Assembly: GCF_964204645.1 (NCBI RefSeq)
Contig: NC_134034.1
Coordinates: forward strand, 13,281,062 to 13,345,061
Origin: Tubulanus polymorphus
Taxonomy: Eukaryota > Animalia > Nemertea
Length of the DNA stretch: 64,000 nucleotides
Direction of reading: 5' to 3'
Under the pieces are notes generated by a model, which was not told the origin of the DNA, ran no database searches, and saw only the letters and a list, made by a program, of their open reading frames with translations. Each line of letters starts with the position of its first letter. Position 1 is the first letter of the stretch. The translations under genes and the position numbers were made by a program. Of the stretch, positions 25,186-35,900 are shown piece by piece.

Positions 25186-26339
25186 TAGAGGAATAGGAGG
25201 TTTAGGGCTTAGGATGACTCCGTTCGAGTGGCCTGTCGATCAGCCGCAGGCAGACTGGTTTTCGTAACGGTACATAAACATGTACATATACATATATTGC
25301 ATATGTGTACACGTATATACTAAATACCATTTTCATTCACGCAGTTACTGTTATTCATATGAAATTGCTTCCCAGATCGAAATTCCAGCAGAAAGGCATC
25401 TGCTTAAAATCAACAATTGCCAAGCATCAATATATATATATTTGAAAAATATACCGGCTACGTACCATTTCATATATATTCATATTTGATAATGCGCCTT
25501 TATTGTTTTAGCTGAATATACTTAGTTTTAGTATATGGGCTCGCCGTGAATTGATTATTGATTGAATCGTTGCTCGCACCAGAACTGCGTAGCCTTTGAT
25601 GAAAATTCTCAACTTTTTCAATAGTTGCTTGTGAGGGAACTTCGCTTTATCGGCTATTCGTGGATAAGTAGGCCAAGGTGGAAACCGGGTGGATATATCG
25701 GTAAATTATAATCATTCTAATGAAAAGACAGAAAGATATCAGAACGACTTTGAAAACTGTTGAAATCTAGTTCCATATTTGTGTTGTTTAAATTTGTACT
25801 CAGGACACAGTTCCACAGTTGTATGGGTTCAATTTGACTCCGTACCCGGTTCCACAGTTGTATGGGTTCAATTTGACTCCGTACCCAGTTCCACAGTTGT
25901 GTGGATTTAATTTGACTCCGTACCCAGTTCCACAGTTGCATGGCTACGATCTGATGATTTTCCATATGGGATGATTTTTTAAAAATTTTCGCTGCACTTC
26001 TTTTTAACCATGTATCGATTCATCCGCAGTTTGTGCAGGAAATATTTCATTAATGTTTACCCGGTGAAACTCTCGGACAGAATTTTATTCAAACACTTCG
26101 AAAACCACTGCATACGATATTGAGCTACCAGTTTAGTCACGTTTATGATCAAACGACTATAAAATTAGACAGAATTTAATCACGAATTTACCTGTATTGC
26201 CAAGTGAAACGGAAGAGAATGACATTTCATCAAACACTTCCTTAAGGGCGAAATATAGGAGGCATAAAGAAAATCTGATGCCCTTGATCTTAAAAGAAGG
26301 TAGAAAAAGATTTTAACGACTTTTAGAATCCAGGAGTAA

Positions 26340-26710
26340 ATAACAAACAAGTAGTGCTATATAGGTTAACTATTTATTTGACGCACGAGCTTTCGCTTAC
26401 TAATGAATAGAAGCTTCATCAGCTGAACGATGACTCATTCACCTCATCAAGGGCGTACTCTTTTATGACCTCCGAAGTCTCCGTTCGAAATCACCGGTTG
26501 GCTCCACACAAAATCCGAATCACACCACCTCGACAGAAAGGAGGTTTCGGAGACTCCAAAAAGTCACGTGACCAATAAAAGAGTACGATTGGAGGCAAAC
26601 GGATTCTCCGATCTGATAAAAGAGTTCGCCCCAAGCGTCTATACATTAGTAGCGAAAGCTTGTACGTCGAATAGAGATAGTTAATCTATTATAGTACTAC
26701 TCGTCTCGTT
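26340..26710. mobile_element. Foldback Penelope-like remnant with a hammerhead-like core on the minus strand (~26381-26425)
   Basis: Inverted arms; the minus strand reads CUGAUGA-a-gcuu..aagc-GAA-AGCU-C followed by aaauaaa. Stem I pairing is poor. Confidence 0.55.
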
Positions 26711-27037
26711 TATCTATTCTAAACCCGGTTAACACGGCTACTCTACGAATCTGCTCGTAGTTGTGTTGGTGCAAGTTGTCTCTGAATTCAATCTCCTGCA
26801 GTGTTACGAGTTTTTGGTTCCATATAGACCGAATTGTTTTTCGAATGTTCACTGCGCAATAGCTTTCCGCCCGACTGTATTGATTTCATCATTGTTCTGG
26901 AAAATGTTCAAATGTTGATTCTATGAAACTCTCGAACAGAATTCTAATTCAAACACTCCATAAACAACTGTATACGATATAAGCTACCTGTTTTACATGT
27001 TTTTCCTCAGTCGACTCAAAGTAGACAAAATTCCATC

Positions 27038-28807
27038 ATGAATTCCGCTGTAATGGTTTGTGTGGTATTGGCCGTTGCCGCTCCAGGTAAGACTATTACT
27101 GAATTTATACTCACACACGCCATCCTCAACTGTTGCCTACGTCATTGCACAGAATTGTCTACACGGTGTCGAAATATCAGATTCTGTAGGTAGAAAATAC
27201 GTATTTTTTGGGAAGTGTCAGTATAGCGCTATATAAACTATAATCATTATTATCATGTACTTTTTCCAGGCGTGCTTTCAGGTTCGAATCCCTGCTGGGG
27301 GAGGATGCAATTCTGGAGGCAATACACATTTTAGTTTTCTTGTTTTTAAAACGTGGCGACGTAAATTGTTTATTGATAGTTTTCGATAATTTGTCGCGGG
27401 AACCAGCGGCAACGGCGAATTTCACTTAATTTTGATATACCATCGGAAACCCGGGTTCCACGCGTCATCAAATCCTCATCAACTCGAATCGGCATCTGGT
27501 TGTTTGGAACAGGATACTGGACATCCTCGCTTGCCAGGGGTCCGGTATCACTCCCAAACTCGCTTCCACCAGCCTGGCCTCACGAAGCGCGATTTCATTA
27601 CTGGCGCTGTTGCGCATGACATATCGATTTGCGAAATACTTCCTTGTTCGGTAAAACGTTCGCTGATTGGTCCATTTAACGGGAAAACCAACAGAAGTCT
27701 ACTGTGATTGGTACGACTGGATTTCGGTCGGCTAGTAACGACTCCAACGATTCGTGAGGTCAAAGGGTTCGGGGAACAGCTTTAGCGCAGTGAGTTCGAA
27801 TCCTTTGACGGGTGAAGATGGATGCTGTATCGCACTTGTTAGAAATTCGTAGCCTTGTTTGCGAACATGAAATTTGTCGTGAATTGTTTAATTTATCTTC
27901 TAAATATTCATTTTACAGTTATGGTTAGGGCTTCCAGTGACCCGTGTGCGGTAGGTTTCTCTGTGGTATTATGTCAGAAAACGTTTTTTTTTTCAAGAAT
28001 CGAGATGTTAAAAAGGTGGCTCCAAGCATGTGCGAAAACAATATTTTGAATATCTATACCTTATTTGCAGACATTGCAAGCTGCTAACCCATCTATGATT
28101 TGTACTGCAAATGGCATGAACTGTAGTTGCGCAAGTCCTCCCGCCCCTCCGGTCGACCCTTGCGAGGTAATTATGAAATGGACTGCATAAGCACTTTGTT
28201 TGACGAAAGATTGTGCTCATAGATATTATCTTTTTCAGACATTGCAAGCTGCTAACCCATCAATGATTTGTACTGCAAATGGCATGAACTGTAGTTGCGC
28301 AAGTCCTCCGGTCGACCCTTGCGAGGTAATTATGAAGTGGGCTATACATAAACACTTTGTTTGACGAAAGATTGTGCTCATAGATATTATCTTTTTCAGA
28401 CATTGCGAGCTGCTAACCCATCTATGATCTGTACTGCAAATGGCATGAACTGCAGTTGCGTAAGTCCTCCATCTCCTCCGGTCGACCCTTGCGAGGTAAT
28501 TATGAAATGGACTGCATAAACACTTTGTTTGACGAAAGATTGTGCTCATAGATATTATCTTTTTCAGACATCGCGAGCTGCTAACCCATCAATGATTTGT
28601 ACTGCAAACGGCATGGACTGTAGTTGCGCAAGTCGTCCCGCTCCCACGGTCGACCCTTGCGCGGTAATTATGAAGTGGACTGCATAAACACCTCAGTTGA
28701 AGACAGATTATACTCATAGATATTATCGTTTTCAGGCATTGCGAGCTGCTAACCCATTAATGATTTGTACTGCAAATGGCATGAGCTGTAGTTGCGCAGG
28801 TCGCTAA
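27038..28807 (+). CDS. Secreted Cys-rich modular peptide, paralog B (175 aa, 5 modules, C-terminal Gly-Arg)
   Basis: Exons 27038-27086, 27919-27950, 28071-28166, 28239-28325, 28400-28495, 28568-28663, 28736-28807. Module exons are phase 0-0, e.g. TLQAANPSMICTANGMNCSCASPPAPPVDPCE; last exon ALRAANPLMICTANGMSCSCAGR*. Confidence 0.85.
27522..27820. mobile_element. Mutator-like MITE, same family as 20849-21178, opposite orientation
   Basis: TIR catcctcgcttgcca / tgacgggtgaagatg; flanks gatactgga / gatgctgta versus the empty site gatactgta in paralog A (~21443). Confidence 0.85.
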
Positions 28808-29447
28808 GTTCTGGTAGATATTTACATTTTACAAATTATTTCAAACTGAATTGTTCAATGACAGAACCTTTTTCATCAGCCAATCATCTTTATTTCTTGC
28901 AGACAAAATAGATGAAGAAAATGTTCGCATGTTGAACGGATTTGTTCAGTTATTCAAAGATCGATGTAATAAACATGAGATAACGCGTTTCTCTTGAATT
29001 CTAGCAGTTTTCATTTCTTCGTTTCTTTTCCCTTTTTATGGAAAATCCGGACCAGTTTTAATTTTCAAACACGGTAGGCCTGCGAGCGAATTCATATATC
29101 CAACAAAGATGAAACTTAAAACCCACAGTTACATCAGAGCAACAAAAAATACAATAATCATTATTGTATTTTCGTTCCTCTGAAGATGAGGTTTAGTTTG
29201 AACCTCAAACTGAAGGACTGAATAAACTGTTTTTACAGAAGTAACCGTGGGTTTCATTCGTTAACTCTACGTTGAGATTTACATCAGTTCACTGCAGTCA
29301 GTTTTCATTTCTTCGTTTCTTTTCCCTTTTTATGGAAAATCCGGACCAGTTTTAATTTTCAAACACGGTAGGCCTGCGAGCGAATTCATATATCCAACAA
29401 ATATGAAACTTTAAACGACGGCTATAGTTTATATAATGAGTTCCTCA

Positions 29448-30431
29448 TTACTTTGATTTTCGAGAGCACGAGAGCAATTTTATCTGTTCTCTGAAATGCA
29501 CGCTGTAAACGTAGTAGAATATACCGTTCACGGATGAATTCAGCGTTTGGAAAACCTCGTTGGTGAGTAATATCTGCCAGGTCACCGACCCGGGGAGATA
29601 CAGGTTTAGAGCATTGTATAACATATCAGGGGTGACTGACACCATGAATAAACTGGACGCGACGAACACCATTCTGTGCGCGGTACCGTCTTGTTTGTTG
29701 CGCTTTGAGTCAGCAACGGTCATTCGTCGCCTGTTCCTAGCGTGAATGCCTAGTTTAATTACCATGATCGTATTCAGTATTGGAATTAGAGCGAATGGCA
29801 AATACGTCGCGAAAATACTTGCTAGTAAAAACGCAAATCTTGGCGCGGTTTGAACTGTTTTTGTACCGAGTACAGTGAGGCCGTACGAACATAATACATT
29901 CACGTACACTATAATTCGGTCTTGCGATCGAAGTACGGAAAACGTGCTCCACGCCAGAATCCAAAAGCCTGCGAATACATAACAATGTTTCAAACTCCAA
30001 TATCTCTTCGCTTTGAGCGGGAAGCAAATGTGAAGCGCTCGATCGAACGTTACCAATAACGTCAAACTGTTGCGAATATCGGAGGCCCATTTTGAAATGA
30101 GGTTGCCGGCTAGATAAAACACGGGAGCTCCCAAACCGCGATTGAAATACAACGCGATCGGTCCGTGGCGAATGAGTCTCGCAACCCACTTTAAATGATT
30201 ATACATGACGATCCCGATACAACTGAACACATCAAAAATAGCAAGCAACAATAAGGTAAAATTGGAAGTAGCAGAACCGTTCATTTTATGGAGGCGATAT
30301 AGCACCGTTATCGTAACCGCGTTGGACAAAAGACCGAACCACGCGATCGGTCCTACCAGCGTTGTCACGACGAAACTCCAGACGATGTGTTTGTAAGGCA
30401 GGCATTTTTGCGCAACACTGTCGTTAAACAT
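29448..30431 (-). CDS. Intronless class A (rhodopsin-like) GPCR, orphan peptide/chemoreceptor-like
   Basis: 7 hydrophobic segments; GLLSN (TM1), LAIFD (TM2), FDRALHICFPL (TM3), NSSVNGIFY (TM7). First ATG at 30431 (MFNDS, N-glycosylation site). Confidence 0.9.
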   Translation of the reverse strand: MFNDSVAQKCLPYKHIVWSFVVTTLVGPIAWFGLLSNAVTITVLYRLHKMNGSATSNFTLLLLAIFDVFSCIGIVMYNHLKWVARLIRHGPIALYFNRGLGAPVFYLAGNLISKWASDIRNSLTLLVTFDRALHICFPLKAKRYWSLKHCYVFAGFWILAWSTFSVLRSQDRIIVYVNVLCSYGLTVLGTKTVQTAPRFAFLLASIFATYLPFALIPILNTIMVIKLGIHARNRRRMTVADSKRNKQDGTAHRMVFVASSLFMVSVTPDMLYNALNLYLPGSVTWQILLTNEVFQTLNSSVNGIFYYVYSVHFREQIKLLSCSRKSK

Positions 30432-32974
30432 GTGAAATATCGCTTTCCTGAATGTCTCTCTATTCACGTGAGGATGTGACGCGAATAGACGCGGTAACCG
30501 TGTGCCGGGCGTTCGTCACAAATCACGCCTTGTGTGAAATATTCTACGTTCGGCGAAAATTATACAGAACGTTTTTTGCTTCATGCAAAACCAACCGTTA
30601 CATAATCATTTCCGTTTTTTGATGACGAGGCGTTTTGACGATATATTTCCACGTATTCACACCCGGTGTAAGCTGCGCAGATTCAGAGTTCACATTATTT
30701 CAGATAATTTTAGTGAAATTCTCTTGAAAAATACACGAATATTCTTCGATATTTCATTAGGGAAATCTGCGGTTTCACAGAAAACCCTTTTTTCTTCCTC
30801 CAGATCGTTTGCCAATAATTATTGTAGTAAATTAGCATATGTATTTTTCATAATCTCTGCATACAATGTGATATTTGGACAGATTTTAAGTGCGCTATAT
30901 GGTTATGAAGGATCCAGTGCTTGGGATAATTGAATTCGAATTCCATCGAAACAGAACTTGATTTTCACTGCAACAAATTCGAAAATGTCGTTTAGAGTGT
31001 TAATATAGACGCTCGCAAGGTATCCCATCTTTCGTGCATAAGGGGTTAAACTGAGAGGTCGTGGGTTCGAATCCTAGTGGAATCGTGTTGTTATTATTCA
31101 GGCAGGGCGTCCATCCCGACCCGATGAACGTTGCATTGAGTTGTGATACGGGAAATGAAGGTGTGAAATCTTTGCCACTTACGGTCAAAAATAATCTTCG
31201 AATTTCACAGGTCGTTTTCGGGAATCATTAAGTTGACGACAACGCGGACTTAAATTCCATTTAACAAAATCTATCAGTGTTTGGTTATTATAAATTTATT
31301 CAAATTCTCGTTATACAAATGTACACGTATTACAGCATCTGCCATTCTTCTCGACTTCAACGAATCAACCCCGACATTTTGGTGCCTTAAGGAGCAAACT
31401 GATACGATTTACTGCACCGTCTGAACCGGGTTTATTCACAAGTTAGGTTTACTGTAGCCAGACGTTACTTTTATACACACAATTTATCTTTACAATACAA
31501 CAGTTATGTAATAAATTGTACAAAATGCTATCTACAATATTCACAAAAAAACCAATCCTATGAAATCCCGCGCTGAGGAGAATAACAAATGTTCACTTGA
31601 GCCAATAATAAAATCAGTCACAATTTCGACTATATCCCACTAAAATTCAGATAAGCGTGAATTTGTTCTGTCAGCTCAAGTTGAATCTATCACACCGATG
31701 TGTTCATTCAGAGATTCGTTAATAAACTTTCAGAACTGAGTTATATCAAGTGATCTTTTGAAGATGATTTTAAGGATATAGTCTCGAGTATAAGCTCATA
31801 AAGATACATTTCGGATTGTGTATTCTCAGCGTGGGATTTTATATTCTGTTCACAACCCGGACAGCGCGTGTTCCACCGATGTTTATATACATGTACAACC
31901 CTTTTTCAATAACTGCAAAATCCCCAAGCAATACGAAAAACGATAAGCACGTTCAAAACGTGAACTAGGAAATTGGTCTTTACTCTGGTGTCTAGAATTC
32001 AATGCTGACAAAAGCGGTGAGATTATTATCTTAACTTAAACAGGGTCCCTGCACATCAGTCATCCCTGGATGTAAGGAGTTTTTAAGGAGGAAGCGTCTG
32101 CATCTCTAAAATCAGAACGGTTTATCTCGGAAAAACCGAATTTCACCAATTTCACCAATTTAGGCATTTTGCTGTACTACAACAAACTAGACAAAAATTT
32201 CTATTAGCCTTTTCTCAAACTTGAAGGTAGTTTTAAGAAGTTTTGTGCATTTTTAGCTCAAATCAAAAGGAATCTCAAGCACCTTTAAAAGCATTTTCCC
32301 TTAAGGTGTTTTTACAGGAATCAAGGAGTAGTAGGGACCCTGTAAAAGAAATAACTGATCACGATTAGGCGTGATGGTCTACAGGACCCACTTCCGCAGT
32401 TCTGAGTTTAACATTCAACTCATCGAAAAAGAACCAATTTCAACTCTAACTTACACCTGCAGAACTGGTCATCAACTGCCGACCAGTCGGGCGGAAAATT
32501 ACGACACGCTCACTATTTACAACAATAATATAAATTCCTTCTCTCGAACAACGCGAAAATAAAATATATGCAAAAAATACAAACACAATCTCTGTACAAA
32601 TTACGGTCATATTGCATGTGGCAGAAAACGTATAGATATCTGAATATCATTCGTAGCCGAACTACGAAATCTCACGGCAAAAACAGACCGAAAGAGGCAT
32701 ACTGCTAAAGCACAGCTACACTGGGCTGCGATGTATCGTTAGTTACTAATATTTCCACGTGTACAATAGGTGCCGCCATCTTTCAATGTTATTTAATTAC
32801 TGACTACCACACATCGCGATGCGGTGTACAAGCAGTCTAATATCGATTTATAGGCACTGAAACTAGGATTGTTATAGGTACTGGTAATTACTAATTACAT
32901 CGATATACAAGTTTCACCAGCGATTAATACACCGCACTGCGGTGCAGACGTACTGAGACAATTAACGCGACGAA

Positions 32975-35900
32975 CTAATCGTCGAATTCAAAAATCGAAT
33001 TTTTCTGCGACGAAAGTCTTCGCGATTTCGGCTTGTTTTTACCGCTACTCGCACAGTTCGCCGTCGCGGCGCTATCGGGACTGCGACCCGGTGAACCGCT
33101 AACGATTTTAATCGCGCGCGAAATTCTCTGTTTTTTCGTCCGTCGCGAACGCGACTGATTTTCAGCGCCGTCGCTGTCGACCTCGTCCGCGTCATCGGCG
33201 GCGGCCGCGAGAATTTCCGATAGTTTGCGTTTTCGACGAGCGCCGCCGCCGATGGAACCGACATCGCATGAACGAACGACCGACGACGCCTTGGTTTCAA
33301 CTACGTCGTCGATATTTCCGTCGCCGAATTCTCCCGACGCCGGGCAACGTTTTCGAGGTGAGCACCGACGAACGATCGCGGGCGCAACCGGTGACCGAGA
33401 CTTCCGCTTGTTCGTCGTAACGGGCCGCGACGACGCCGTGGAATCCGGAGATTTCTGACTGAGTATCTCCGCGCGCACGCTAGCCGGCGTAACGGACGCC
33501 ATACGATCATAATCGGGCCAGACTTCACTACCGGTGGCGCCACCCGTGATCCTCTTTTTACTCGTATCGACGTTCGAACGTTTAGCAGACGATTTCCTCT
33601 CGTGAAAACTGCCGCCGATCATCCGCGACACGTAATACGTTTTTCCGCGACTGGCTAATTTCGAATCGGCCGACGGACTACCGATCACTGTCTGTTTACC
33701 CGACTGGTCGACACCAGTCGGCGATAAAAGCGCCCCCTGTCGCTTGTGTCCGTGCGGCGTATCGTCGCAACTTTTCGATTCTTTTTTATCGAGCGACACG
33801 AACACGCCGCCGATATTGACGAGTGAATTTTGACTGACAGGAGATTCCCGCGGCAGTAACGTCGATCCTTCCGACGACGACGAAGTCGCCGTCGCTTTGC
33901 CGTCTACGAAATCGCGGCCCGTATCGACGAACGGTTCGAGGGTGACTCCGGACGAGAGAATCGGTGATTCAGGCGGCAGACGACCGGCGAAATGCGATAA
34001 TTTTAACGAAGACTGATGACCACTATTCGGGCTCTGATCGACGTCCGCCCGATTCCGGTTCATGTCCGCTTGTCCGCTCGAATCGTGCGCCGATTTGAAA
34101 CTACTGTCGATGAACATGTCGCAGACGGTATCCCATTCCGAGTCGGAGCCGCCCGACTGGCGCCCGGTGGCGTCGGTGGAAATCTGACCCAATATTTCAT
34201 TCAAAGCGTGGTCGGCGTCCTCCGGGTCTTCGTCGAGACTTTCGCGCGACGCGTCGTCGTTACGCCGTCGTTTCGACATTACCCGCTGCCGGGTCGCCGC
34301 CGCGCGTTTAACTTTCTTCGTCGGTTTGAACGGCGACAATAAGCGGACCGTCTGAAATCCGCCGGACAGCGAACAGACGGAGAATTTCGCCGGCGACTTC
34401 ACCTCGGCGATCGGTGTCGGCGTGACGAGTCTCGCTCGACCGGTTTTAATCGGCGACAGCGGGAATCCGGTGAAATCCCGAGACGACGGGTAATGCCGCC
34501 TCGTCGGTGACATCATCATCGTTGAGTTACTCGTCGTCGGTTCCTCCGCCGAAGCGACCGAAGATCCTTTTGCGATGGTATCGCGCTTTCGTTTCCCCGA
34601 TCGACCGACCCGATCTGCGCCGCCGGCCTCGCACTCTACGACGCCGACATTTTCATTCCGACCCTCGTCCATCGATTGCGATCGTTTCTTTCCGCGCCTC
34701 GCGTCACCCTTCTCGCGATCCTTCTTTCGCTTCTTGCGCAGTTTTCGCTCCACCCGCGCTTCCGAATTCAACAAAGCTATAATCGATTTCTGCGCCTCCT
34801 CGTCCAAAGATTCGTCGTCGACCAGTCGGCCTCGTCTTGCCGCGTCGTCCCAGTCGAGAGGCGCGATACCCTCGACGTCGCTCTCCTCGTTAACGACCGT
34901 CAGCTCCGATCGACTAGTCTCTAGAACCGCGTCGCCGACCGGGCTACCGTCGCTCGTCTGAGAAGGCGTGGTCGCCGCTGAAACCGCTGTCCGTTTACTC
35001 GGCGTTCGCGCTGTTTTTTCGTCGTCGACAGGTGGCGACACCGGCGGCAGCATCCGCGATACGAATTCGCCACTCGGTAGACGCACCAACTTGACGCGCG
35101 GCGACTTGCCGATCTTCATCGACCGTTTCAACAACTCGTACGATTTCTGTCGACTCGGCGACAACTTCTTCAAGAAACTTCGAGCGTCTTTCGTCGTCGA
35201 CGCCATGCGCGGCGCTTGACGTCGGCGCTGCTTCGACCCCGGGTCGTAGTAGTAATAATCGACGGCTTCGAAGTCGCTGTTCTTCTCGGCGGCCTTCGTG
35301 TCGACCGGTATGCGACCGTCGGCGACGAGACGCCCGTGCAAACGTTCCAACTCGTCGCAGCAGAACTCGCGCAGCGTTTCGGCGAAATCGCGCGCCTCTA
35401 TCATCTGATCGGCGACCTCCGTTTCGAAGTTCAATCCCAAAACTAGTCGTTTCGTCCATCCGATTCTACGAAGGCTGCAACGCCCGACCGGTTTAACGAT
35501 CGTTTCATTTTCGTCCCTTCTCGTCCCACTCTTAACGGCAACATCGTTCTCGTTATCCGCAAACTTTTCCTCATCTCTCCAAATATCTTTACCTTCGCTT
35601 TTCTTCTTGTTACGTGTTTTATTGTCACTCCCCTTCCCATCCGCGCTCTTCCCATCCTTAACATCTTCGCCAGCAACAATGGCGGCATTGTTCGTCTCGT
35701 CGCCAATCGAATCATCATCGATGAAATCGGCGATATTTTCTTGCTCTTCTCTCCCTGCGCTTTTACCTTCGCGTTTCTTTGCCGCCGGACTCAACATGTA
35801 ATCAACGGTCGCGTCCGAGCTGCAGTTCTCATCATCATCCTTATCGCAATCATCATCATCATCATCCTTATCGTCATCGGCAACGTGGGAATCTTCAGTT

